Origin: Candidatus Methylomirabilota bacterium
GTDB lineage: Bacteria > Methylomirabilota > Methylomirabilia > Rokubacteriales > CSP1-6
Reading direction: 5' to 3'
DNA: 64,000 bases
Assembly: GCA_035281625.1 (NCBI GenBank)
Contig: DATEDO010000028.1
Coordinates: 11,570-75,569, forward strand
Shown: piece by piece, positions 1-8,275 of the stretch
Layout: the number at the start of each line of letters is the position of its first letter
Position numbering within the stretch: the first letter of the stretch is position 1
Position numbers and translations under genes: made by a program
Notes under the pieces: generated by a model
Seen by the model: the letters and a program-made list of their open reading frames with translations, nothing else
What the model was told of the DNA's origin: nothing
The model's database searches: none

Positions 1-74
1 GCCGCTTCTCCAAGGGACACGCCGTGCTTCAGGGCGTTGGCCGCCGCCTTCCGCGCGTCCCACTCGAACATCAT
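1..74 (-). CDS. brnT: BrnT-family (DUF497) type II toxin, 5' fragment; gene runs off the left edge
   Basis: Reverse-strand translation from ATG 72-74 gives MMFEWDARKAAANALKHGVSLGEA. This matches the FEWD..K...N..KHG.S..EA N-terminal signature I recall for BrnT/DUF497. An AT-rich stretch lies upstream (75-100). The fragment is too short for the ORF track. Confidence 0.5.
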   Translation of the reverse strand, partial: MMFEWDARKAAANALKHGVSLGEA

Positions 75-277
75 TAAGTATATACGAAATGGGACCGCTC
101 TTCCGCAAGACGTAGACCTTGAGAGACATGGCCCCACGGCCTTCGCGCGTCTCGGCTGTATGGAACTCCAGAGACTTCCGCTTCGCCTGGATCACGCCGC
201 GCGAGCGAGCCTCGTGCCCGCGTCCCGAGTTCCTGGCCGAGCGGTTCGAACAATTCCTGCGTGCGGGGTAGTCAGGC

Positions 278-580
278 ATGAAGGGCACATTTTTGCGTCG
301 GCTTCAGCGCCGTAGCCGTCATACTCGCCTCGTGAGACGACTGCTCCGATGCGCGATCCTGTCGACGGCGCTCGCGGGTTGTGTAGTGGTCGATCCGGGC
401 GGCCCCGGACCCGGGCCGGTCGATGGGCCGGGTCCCCGGATCCCGCCCGGCCACATGCCGCCGCCCGGCTCATGTCGTATCTGGTATCCCGATCGACCCC
501 CCGGACAGCAGCCGCCCCCGGGGCGATGCGAGGAACTTCAGCGTCGGGTCCCGCCGGGCGCCTACCTCATTCGCGGCTAA
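278..580 (+). CDS. Small Pro/Gly-rich putative lipoprotein with a Cys-containing C-terminal motif
   Basis: ATG 278 (alternative in-frame GTG 332). Arg-rich n-region, hydrophobic core and lipobox-like LAGC. The mature part carries RIPPGHMPPPGSCRIWYPDRPPGQQPPPGRC, which is shared with the convergent neighbour. Confidence 0.5.
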   Translation: MKGTFLRRLQRRSRHTRLVRRLLRCAILSTALAGCVVVDPGGPGPGPVDGPGPRIPPGHMPPPGSCRIWYPDRPPGQQPPPGRCEELQRRVPPGAYLIRG

Positions 581-602
581 GCGGCAGGACCGGCCGAGCC
601 CG

Positions 603-1007
603 CTAGCACCGTCCTGGCGGCGGCTGATGTCCGGCCGGCCGGCCGGGGAACCAAACCCGGCATTCGCCTGGGGGCGGGTGATGCCCGGCCGGGATGCGCA
701 CATGCCGAAAGGATCGACGGGCATCGCGGGTACCTTTCCAGCCGTGACCCCTCGCGTGCGGGTACCCGTACCAGTACGGGTACGAGTAGTGGACCGGTGG
801 TCCGGGAACGTAAACGCGGGGGGGCGGGGCATACACCACGGGCGGGGGCGCATACACCACCGGCGGCCTCACTACCACGATGGGCGGAGGAAGGGGCAGC
901 CCGATCGAGATCCCAACCCGGACGTCTCCCGCCTGGGCGGGCGTGGGGGAAGCCACCGGCACCGCTGTCAGCATCGTCACGAGGCCAGCGATCGCCACAC
1001 CTTTCAT
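603..1007 (-). CDS. Secreted Pro-rich protein, paralog of 278-580 in its C-terminal motif
   Basis: Track ORF 603-1154 trimmed to ATG 1005-1007, which follows GGGGAG. Signal peptide MKGVAIAGLVTMLTAVPVASPTPAQA. Contains PPVVYAPPPVVYAPPP repeats and a Tyr/Trp patch. The C-terminus is RIPAGHHPPPGECRVWFPGRPAGHQPPPGRC. Confidence 0.55.
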   Translation of the reverse strand: MKGVAIAGLVTMLTAVPVASPTPAQAGDVRVGISIGLPLPPPIVVVRPPVVYAPPPVVYAPPPRVYVPGPPVHYSYPYWYGYPHARGHGWKGTRDARRSFRHVRIPAGHHPPPGECRVWFPGRPAGHQPPPGRC

Positions 1008-1175
1008 CGCGAGTCTCCCCTGGTACGGAATCGCCATTCCATGCCGGGTATGACGGATGGCGCTCGCCGGCCATTTACGGTGCGACGCCGAACGTCTCAT
1101 AACCCAAAGGTAGCGGGGTCGGATCTTCCCGGGGGCAGCCCGGTAACCGGCCATGCGATACGATAGACGTCACGT

Positions 1176-2225
1176 ATGGCCGGGTTCGAGACGGCAGCTC
1201 CCGACCTGAAGCCGCTGCTCGGCGAGCGCATCAGTGGCCTCGGGCTCAAGCTCGAGGGCTCGCCGATGGAGCGCTACGTCGCCGACCTCTATCGGGAGCT
1301 CGAGGCCAAGGGGCTCAGGCGCTTCCGCCCCCTGACCTATCTCACCGATGAGTGGGGGTGCCCGTCCGAGGAGCCCATCATCGGGATCCCGTTCTACCTG
1401 GCCGACGCCAAGCTGGCGCGGCTCGAGAAGGAGTTCGACGACCTCGAAGACGTGCGCGAGATCCGCATGTACCTGCGGCACGAGGCGGGCCACGCCTTCA
1501 ACTACGCCTACAAGCTCTTCGAGACGCCCGAGTGGCGCGAGCGGTTCGGCCCGTTCACTCGGCCCTATCGCGACCGCTACCGGCCGATTCCCTTCCATCG
1601 GGGCTTCGTGCGGCACATGGAAGGCTGGTACGCGCAGAAGCACCCCGACGAGGACTTCGCCGAGACGTTCGCGGTATGGCTCACGCCCCGCTCGCGGTGG
1701 CGGCAGCGCTACCGGGGGTGGCCCGCCATGGAGAAGCTGCGCTACGTCGATCGCATGGCGCGCAAGCTGGGCGACACCGAGCCCGTGGTGCGGCTGGCCT
1801 CCACCGACATCACGGTGGAAGAGATGAACATGACGGTGGAGGAGTTCTTCCGGGCGCAGCAGCGCGAAGCGCCGCTGATCGACGTCGCCCTCGACCACGA
1901 TCTCACCGATCTCTTCGTGCGCCGCCGCAAGGGCCTGCGGCCGGCGGCGGAGTTCGTGCGCGAGCACCGGGCGGGGCTCATCAACAAGGTCGAGTACTGG
2001 ACGGGGGTCCGCCGGAGCGTCGTGCGGGCGCTCGTCGACCGCATCGTGGAGACCACCGAGCGCCTCCACCTCGCCGTCCCGGCCGGCTCGGAGCCCGCGA
2101 CGCTCGTCGAGCTGACCACCTACGCGACCACGCTGGCCATGAACTTCCTCACCCACGGCAGCTTCGTGCCCCGCGCGCGCCGGCCCACGCGCGCCCGGAC
2201 GCGGGTGGCCGCCGGCCGCCCATGA
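1176..2225 (+). CDS. Putative zinc metallopeptidase (HExxH) of the type found next to ATP-grasp ligases
   Basis: HEAGH motif with a downstream acidic DEDFAETFA segment. No signal peptide. The stop overlaps the next start (ATGA at 2222-2225). Confidence 0.8.
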   Translation: MAGFETAAPDLKPLLGERISGLGLKLEGSPMERYVADLYRELEAKGLRRFRPLTYLTDEWGCPSEEPIIGIPFYLADAKLARLEKEFDDLEDVREIRMYLRHEAGHAFNYAYKLFETPEWRERFGPFTRPYRDRYRPIPFHRGFVRHMEGWYAQKHPDEDFAETFAVWLTPRSRWRQRYRGWPAMEKLRYVDRMARKLGDTEPVVRLASTDITVEEMNMTVEEFFRAQQREAPLIDVALDHDLTDLFVRRRKGLRPAAEFVREHRAGLINKVEYWTGVRRSVVRALVDRIVETTERLHLAVPAGSEPATLVELTTYATTLAMNFLTHGSFVPRARRPTRARTRVAAGRP

Positions 2226-3220
2226 AAGTCGTCGTCGCGCACGCCGCCGACGAGTCGGTCGAGCCGCCCAAGGGCCGCCGGCCGGCGCCCAAAACCGACG
2301 TGCAGGAGGTCGCCCACGTCCTCCGCGGGGCCGGCCACGAGGTGTCGGGCATCGCCATCGACGGCACGCCCGAGTGTCTGCGCGCGCTCACCCAGCAGAA
2401 GCCGGATCTGGTCTTCAATCTGGTGGAGTCGTTCGGCGACGACAACAGCAAGGAGCCGCACGTGGCGGCCTACTACGACCTCCTCGGGCTCCGGTACACG
2501 GGCTCGGGCCCGCGGGGGCTCACCCTCGCCATGGACAAGGCCGTCGCCAAGAAGATCCTGGCCTTTCACAACGTCGTCAGCCCGAAGTTCGCCGTGTTCT
2601 GGCGGGGGCGCCTCGACTTCGACGCGCACGACGTCGAGTTTCCCGTCATCGTGAAGCCCCTGCGCGAGGACGGCTCCATCGGCATCGGCTTCGACGCCCT
2701 CGCCGGCAACATCAAGGAGCTCATGGAGCGGATCGACGCGCTCACCGCGGAGTTCAACAGCCCGATCCTCATCGAGCAGTACATCGAGGGGCGCGAGATC
2801 TACATGGGCGTCCTCGGCAACGCGCCGCCCGAGGCGCTGCCGGCCGTCGAGCTGGATCTGTCCCATCTGCCGAAGGGCACGCCGCGGATCGCCGGCACCG
2901 AGGTGAAGTGGAACGAGGGGTCGCGCGCCTACCGTGGCAGCAAGATCCGCCTCCCGAAGCTGCCCAAGCCCGTGCTCGAGACCATGCAGCGTTACGCGCT
3001 GGCGGCGTTCCAGGCGCTGGGCCTGCGCGACTACGCCCGCATCGACTTCCGCCTCGCGCAGGACACGGTCTACCTGATCGAGGCCAATCCCAACCCGTAT
3101 CTGCACTCCGGGCACGAGTTCATCCGGGGCGCGCGCGCCTCGGGGCGGACGCACCCCGCGACCATCCTGGAGATCCTCGAGCTCGCCCGCCTGCGGTACG
3201 CCGCGCTCTTGCCGCGATGA
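2222..3220 (+). CDS. ATP-grasp ligase, D-alanine--D-alanine ligase-like
   Basis: Track ORF 1352-3220 trimmed to ATG 2222. Ddl-like ATP-grasp motifs are present: MDKAVAKKIL, FPVIVKPLREDGSIGI, ILIEQYIEGREIY, ARIDFRL...YLIEANPNP. Confidence 0.85.
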   Translation: MKVVVAHAADESVEPPKGRRPAPKTDVQEVAHVLRGAGHEVSGIAIDGTPECLRALTQQKPDLVFNLVESFGDDNSKEPHVAAYYDLLGLRYTGSGPRGLTLAMDKAVAKKILAFHNVVSPKFAVFWRGRLDFDAHDVEFPVIVKPLREDGSIGIGFDALAGNIKELMERIDALTAEFNSPILIEQYIEGREIYMGVLGNAPPEALPAVELDLSHLPKGTPRIAGTEVKWNEGSRAYRGSKIRLPKLPKPVLETMQRYALAAFQALGLRDYARIDFRLAQDTVYLIEANPNPYLHSGHEFIRGARASGRTHPATILEILELARLRYAALLPR

Positions 3221-3238
3221 CGCGCCCGCCCCGATCCG

Positions 3239-3718
3239 CTACGGTCCTTGAAAGACAGGTCCTGGCTCGTTGACGCCTCCCTCGCCCAGCCTCCGGCCGG
3301 CCATCGTCGCGCGGTATCCCAGGCCGCGGATGTAGCCGTTCTCGCCCCGAATACCGACGATGAACTCGAGGCGAACGCGCACCTCGTTGGAACCGGAGGG
3401 CGCGCCTTGGCCGTCGGTGGCCCAGACGAGGTTCTTGATGTAGAAGCCCTGCCAGTCGTCCTCATCGGCGTTGGGGTTGTCGTAGTGGTCGATCGAAACC
3501 GAGGGGACCACATTGCTGACGCCCTTCCACCAGGGGCCGATCCACATGTGGACCTCGTACTCGTCCCAGACGTCATCGTCGGTGCCCCAGACCTGCAGCT
3601 CGTTGATGCTCACGTGTCCGCTCACGGTGACGAATTCCCAGGCCGGATCCTGGGGCCGGAACCGGATGCGATGCTCCGGCTCGTGCATGCTCGCCTGAAC
3701 CTCTTTGATGGTCGCCAT
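3239..3718 (-). CDS. Hypothetical acidic Trp-rich protein (159 aa)
   Basis: Track ORF 3239-3841 trimmed to ATG 3716-3718, which follows GGAGGA. I recognise no family. No signal peptide or TM helix. Confidence 0.6.
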   Translation of the reverse strand: MATIKEVQASMHEPEHRIRFRPQDPAWEFVTVSGHVSINELQVWGTDDDVWDEYEVHMWIGPWWKGVSNVVPSVSIDHYDNPNADEDDWQGFYIKNLVWATDGQGAPSGSNEVRVRLEFIVGIRGENGYIRGLGYRATMAGRRLGEGGVNEPGPVFQGP

Positions 3719-3895
3719 GTGTGTCCTCCTTGTGCTCCGAGTCACACGAGCTCGACGGGGCTGGGTGGGTGCGCACCGTCGGTGCGCGGAGGGAGATAGC
3801 CCCTGATCCGGATACTGCGCGGCCGGCGCGGACGGTGTCAAGGAGGCGGCCGCCTGAGGAGGACGCCGCGGAGCGGGTCGTGGCGGCGGCGCCCC

Positions 3896-5050
3896 TCAGC
3901 GGGAGAGCTTCTCTGCCCGGACGCCGATGAGGCGAAGCTTGCGGCGGCGCGGATTCTCTCGCTCGTCGAGGAATGGCAGGAGGAGCTCCAGCGCGGCCGC
4001 GCTCAGGGTCTCCTCGCTCGCACACGCCTCGGCGCCGGTGCGCGAGCGCACGAGCGTGGTGAAATTCTCGAAGCGGACGGTCACCGTGACGGTCCGGCAC
4101 CCACGGAAGCCGTGGCCTTCGAGCCGGCTCCACACCGTGTGGGCCAGCGCGCGGGCGCGCTCGAGGACGAACGTCGCGTCTAATGTATCGACCTCGAACG
4201 TCTCCTGCTCGCCGACGGACTTGCGCTCGCGCTCGTTCGACACCGCGCTCTCCGAAAACCCGCGCGCCTTGGCGTGGAGGTCGGCGCCCGCGCGCCCGAG
4301 CCACTCCTCGAGCTCCGCCCGCTCGCGCATCCTGAGATCGGCGATGGTGCGGATGTGACGCTCGTGCAGGAACTGCTCGGTCTTGGGCCCGATGCCCGGG
4401 ATGACGCGGATCCGCAAGGGATCGAGAAACGACTGGACCTCATCCGGTCGCACGACGACGAGCCCGTCGGGTTTCCGGAAATCGGAGGCGATCTTGGCGA
4501 CGAGCTTGTTGGGACCGAGACCCACCGACGCGGTGAGCCCCTCCCGCCGCACGATCTCCGCCTTGAGCCAGCGCGCGCGATCGACCGCGGCCTCGAAGCT
4601 GCCGAGCGACGAGAGCTCGAGATAGGCCTCGTCGACGCTGGTCTTCTGGAATGCGTCGCCGGCGGCGGCGAGGATCGTCATGATCCGCGTCGAGACCTCT
4701 CGATAGAGCGCGTGATCGTCACGGACGAAGATCGTCTCGGGCTCGCCCCGGCGCCGCGCCGCCTCGGCCAGGCGCCACGCGCGGGAGATCGGCAACGCCG
4801 AGCGGATGCCGTACCGTCGGGCCGCGTAGCTCGCGGCGGTCACGACGCCGCGGCCGCGGCCCTCCTTGGGATCGGCGCCGACGACGAGGGGCCGGTCGCG
4901 GAGGGCGGGATTCCGCTGCGCCTCGACGGCGGCGTAGAAGGCGTCCATGTCCACGTGGGCGACGATTCTCACCGCGAGCACCGCGCCATCCCGTACCTCC
5001 TCCCTCCTCCAGCGTACCGAATCGGCGGGCCTCTTCGGAATGACGGACAC
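3896..5050 (-). CDS. dinB: DNA polymerase IV (Y-family)
   Basis: VAHVDMDAFYAAVE, SYAARRYGIRSA, SVGLGPNKLVAKIASD and IPGIGPKT motifs are typical of DinB. Confidence 0.9.
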   Translation of the reverse strand: MSVIPKRPADSVRWRREEVRDGAVLAVRIVAHVDMDAFYAAVEAQRNPALRDRPLVVGADPKEGRGRGVVTAASYAARRYGIRSALPISRAWRLAEAARRRGEPETIFVRDDHALYREVSTRIMTILAAAGDAFQKTSVDEAYLELSSLGSFEAAVDRARWLKAEIVRREGLTASVGLGPNKLVAKIASDFRKPDGLVVVRPDEVQSFLDPLRIRVIPGIGPKTEQFLHERHIRTIADLRMRERAELEEWLGRAGADLHAKARGFSESAVSNERERKSVGEQETFEVDTLDATFVLERARALAHTVWSRLEGHGFRGCRTVTVTVRFENFTTLVRSRTGAEACASEETLSAAALELLLPFLDERENPRRRKLRLIGVRAEKLSR

Positions 5051-5346
5051 TCATAGAGACTTGCGACCTCGCTCGGCTCGCGCCCCCCCGTGATCGGCGG
5101 CGGAAAATCCCTTGACACGGCGGTTGTCCGCGCTGTAGGTGACGGACGCGATAACCGGCGCGCGGAAGGGGGTGCCGAGAGGGGGTGTACCGTCACACGA
5201 GGGCCCCTATTCCGTCTACGCCCGAGTTGAACGCATAGTGCCTCTCGCCGGCCCTCGGCGGTGACGAAGACGACAGGTCACCTGTTCTTTCCTTCCCTGG
5301 GCCAATGCCCTGCCGCCCCGGCAGGGTCGGACAAGGAGGGCCACTC

Positions 5347-8259
5347 ATGCGACGCGTTCGCGATCTCTCCCAGTACCGCGACATCCTTCCCTATGCGAGC
5401 GAGATCTTCGGCGTGTACCAGCCCATGCTCGGATGGCGGTCGCGACGGATCCAGGGGCGCATCGAGAAGGGCTTCCGTGGCGACCTCGCCCGCGTATTCG
5501 GGTCGCTGTATGGCCGGTTCAAAGGCCGGTTCGAGTTCAGCCTCGACGACCGGCGCTCGCTCGAGGCGATCCGGCGGCTCGAGCCCGCCGAGCTCCGCGC
5601 GGCCGACCAGCTCCTCGGGGGCAGCTTCGTCCTGGAAAGCGTCGCCCGAAGCCTGCCCCCACTCGAGGACTACAAGGACACGGTCTGGAATGACGCGATC
5701 CGGCCCGAGCGCATCCAGGATACGCTGCGGACGACCGTCGTGCCCGAGGTCACGCGCTGGCACCACACCGCGGTGGCGCGCGGAAGCCAGGAACCCCGCG
5801 GGACGGGCGCCCGGACGGACGACGGCCTCAACGAGCAGGTGGCGGCCCAGCTGAACCGCGAGTCCGCCGTCGCGGGCTTCCTGCTGTACCTCAAAGCCAA
5901 CAACCAGCTCGACGCGCTGAAGCGGATCTTCTACAAGCCGGACGAGCACCTGGGCCGCCTGCTGCAGGTCCTCCGGTACCAGGACCCGCTCGAGTGGCTC
6001 GACCCCTTCCGGGACATCGAGCGCGTCTCGATGTCGCCGATCGGCATCGTGCACCTGTTCCGCCAGTACTTCTTCGAGTTCGATACGTTCCTGGGGCCAC
6101 CGGTCGGGCACGTGTGGCTGAGCCCGGGCGCCAGCGTCGAGCTGGTGGAGATCAGCACGCGGCGGACGCGCGTCGAGCGCACGACCGAGACCCAGGTGGA
6201 GACCCTCCTCAAGACGGAGGAGACGACGACGGAGAGGGACGAGATCGCCGACGCCGTCAAGGAAGACAATCGGTCCGCCACGATGTTCGGCGTGAGCACC
6301 ACGGCCAATCAGGCCTGGATCGGCGGTAGCGCGAGCGCCACCGCCGGCTTCAGCATGGCCGGCACCCAGGCGAAGGCGCGCGAGACCACGCACCGGCGCA
6401 TGCGCCAGCAGACCGAGAAACTCTCGACCGAGATCCGGAAGAACGTGAAGACCACGTTCAAGGTCGTGACCGAGGCCACCGACACCTCGAGCAAGCGATA
6501 CATCCTCGCCAACACGACCCAGCAGCTCATCAACTACGAGATGCGGCGCAAGATGCGTCAGGTCGGCGTGCAGGTGCAGGACATCGGCACCTATCTCTGC
6601 TGGCAGACCTACGTCGACGACCCGGGACGACAGCTCGGCGTCGCCAAGCTGGTGCACCTCGCCAAGGAGCCGGACGTCGGGAGTGTGCCGCCGCCCGAGG
6701 CCGTTCCGATGCCGGGCACCATCGTCACCGAGCACGACATCGAGATCCCCTTCGTGCCGAGGACCCAGGACACCGACCCGAACGAGGACATGGACGAGAT
6801 CTACGAGGACGGCAAGGAGTACGTCACCGAGGACGTCAACGAGGACAAGGAGGAGAAGATCGAGTCGAACTTCTCGGGCTTCGTCGCCGCGTGCGACCAG
6901 GCGGGCTACCAGTATGGTAGCTCCATCCAGTTCGACTACGGCGGAAACGACATCCGGCTCAGCATCCTCACGCTCGTCGAGGAGCAGCCGGGGCGGATCC
7001 GGTTCGGCGTCCACGTGGACCACGTCAACTTCCGGAACGTGTCGCCGCTGCGGGTAAAAGCCAAGGTGACCTGGCGCCCGACGGCCGACACGGTGACGGC
7101 CATCAACGCACAGAACAAGGCGAACGTCGATCGGTTCAACGAACAGACCCGTCTGGCCTTCCAGCGGGCGTTCGTCGACGCCGCGCGGGATCGCATCAAC
7201 AAGGCCGGCAGCGTGACCCCGCGACCGTTCGATGAGCTCCGGGAGGAGGAGCGCATCGTGGTCTACCGGGCGCTCGTCCAGGAGATGCTGACGAAGGACC
7301 TGCCCATGCCGGACGACCGCACGCGGCACGCCGTCGCCGAGCTGCTGAATGCCATCTTCGACGTGGACAAGATGCTGTACTTCACGGGGCCCGAGTGGTG
7401 GCGCCCGCGGCTCCATCGGAGCCACCAGGCGCTCGGCGGTATCCGGGAGCCGTCGCCGATGCCGGTGCCGGAGCCCCTCCCGGTGCCAGCGACCGAGCCG
7501 GCCACGGACGGGGTGAAGAAGGTAATGCGATCGCAGTCCACCAGCATCTACACCCAGGTGAAGTCGGAGGCGCTGAGCAAGGTGGTCAGCGGCTTGCCGG
7601 GTGACGCGTTGGGCAAGGTCGCCACGGGCCTACCTGGCCTTCTCGGCGACACCCAGATCGCCTCCATGGACCGGGTGAGCTGGGGTGGGGAGAGCCGGAC
7701 GGACAGCTACTACATCACCGAGGAGTCGGCGCCGGCGCCGCTCGGCGCGTCTCTCGGCTGGCTGCTCCAGCTGGACGGCGACAACCTGCGCAACGCGTTC
7801 CTCAACGCCCCGTGGGTGAAAGCGGTCCTTCCCATCCGGCCCGGCAAGGAGCGGGCCGCGATCAACTGGCTCCAGCGTCTGCACGTGGAAGGCACCGACG
7901 GCCTCGGCGACGCCTACGTGGCGCCGGCGGACGAGCTCGCCCAGATCCCCCACGCGGGCTCCGTCGTCACGATCCGCGATGCGATCAACCACCTCTGCGA
8001 CGTGGTCGCGGAGAAGCACGAGGCGGCGCTGCAGGTCGGCCGGTATCCGAGCGATGAGATCAACGACGACAACCGCGTGTCCTCGACACCGATCGAGAAG
8101 GTCTACGAGCACGGGTTCTACCCGCTCCAGGGCGGCTTCCGCGCGATGCCAGGGACGGAGGCGTTCGAGGTGTTCGACCAGTGGGTGGAGGTGCTACCGA
8201 CGGATCAGATCGTGCCGGTGGAGGTCGCGTACGACCCGACGACCGGCCGGCAGGTCTGA
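5347..8259 (+). CDS. Large hypothetical protein (970 aa), no recognisable family
   Basis: ATG 5347 lies 7 nt after AAGGAGG (track start 5305 is the alternative). Non-degenerate, motif-rich sequence over the full length. I see no TM helix, signal peptide, P-loop or known catalytic motif. Confidence 0.8.
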   Translation: MRRVRDLSQYRDILPYASEIFGVYQPMLGWRSRRIQGRIEKGFRGDLARVFGSLYGRFKGRFEFSLDDRRSLEAIRRLEPAELRAADQLLGGSFVLESVARSLPPLEDYKDTVWNDAIRPERIQDTLRTTVVPEVTRWHHTAVARGSQEPRGTGARTDDGLNEQVAAQLNRESAVAGFLLYLKANNQLDALKRIFYKPDEHLGRLLQVLRYQDPLEWLDPFRDIERVSMSPIGIVHLFRQYFFEFDTFLGPPVGHVWLSPGASVELVEISTRRTRVERTTETQVETLLKTEETTTERDEIADAVKEDNRSATMFGVSTTANQAWIGGSASATAGFSMAGTQAKARETTHRRMRQQTEKLSTEIRKNVKTTFKVVTEATDTSSKRYILANTTQQLINYEMRRKMRQVGVQVQDIGTYLCWQTYVDDPGRQLGVAKLVHLAKEPDVGSVPPPEAVPMPGTIVTEHDIEIPFVPRTQDTDPNEDMDEIYEDGKEYVTEDVNEDKEEKIESNFSGFVAACDQAGYQYGSSIQFDYGGNDIRLSILTLVEEQPGRIRFGVHVDHVNFRNVSPLRVKAKVTWRPTADTVTAINAQNKANVDRFNEQTRLAFQRAFVDAARDRINKAGSVTPRPFDELREEERIVVYRALVQEMLTKDLPMPDDRTRHAVAELLNAIFDVDKMLYFTGPEWWRPRLHRSHQALGGIREPSPMPVPEPLPVPATEPATDGVKKVMRSQSTSIYTQVKSEALSKVVSGLPGDALGKVATGLPGLLGDTQIASMDRVSWGGESRTDSYYITEESAPAPLGASLGWLLQLDGDNLRNAFLNAPWVKAVLPIRPGKERAAINWLQRLHVEGTDGLGDAYVAPADELAQIPHAGSVVTIRDAINHLCDVVAEKHEAALQVGRYPSDEINDDNRVSSTPIEKVYEHGFYPLQGGFRAMPGTEAFEVFDQWVEVLPTDQIVPVEVAYDPTTGRQV

Positions 8260-8275
8260 TCGGGAGGCCCGTGCC

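Noticed and set aside
581-602. Bidirectional terminator between the two convergent Pro-rich genes
   Set aside because: The 22-nt spacer GCGGCAGGACCGGCCGAGCCCG has only imperfect self-complementarity and no T-tract.
1352-2221. N-terminal extensions of track ORFs (1352-3220, 12643-15162, 28152-29891, 25822-27372, 15303-16835, 7979-9514 and others)
   Set aside because: The extensions overlap the preceding real gene in another frame and are Arg/Pro/Ala-rich. Internal starts with an SD or ATGA/GTGA coupling fit the recognisable domain boundaries.
5051-5130. LexA/SOS box upstream of dinB
   Set aside because: I found no match to the LexA box consensi I remember (CTGT-N8-ACAG, GAAC-N4-GTTC, GTTC-N7-GTTC). 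The ACAGGTCACCTGT palindrome at 5273-5285 has the wrong half-site orientation for the E. coli type and lies closer to the other gene.
5138-5196. Possible riboswitch or small RNA in the dinB-divergent intergenic region
   Set aside because: Only a 7-bp long-range pairing was seen. I saw no similarity to riboswitch cores I can recall (cobalamin, TPP, SAM, glycine, ykkC). An Infernal/Rfam scan is needed before any call.
5278-7425. 715-aa ORF antisense to the large unknown gene
   Set aside because: Its composition is Arg/Gly/Asp/Leu/Val-rich, typical of a reverse-frame read-through of GC-rich coding DNA. It has no SD and lies wholly inside a gene whose sense frame is motif-rich and non-degenerate.
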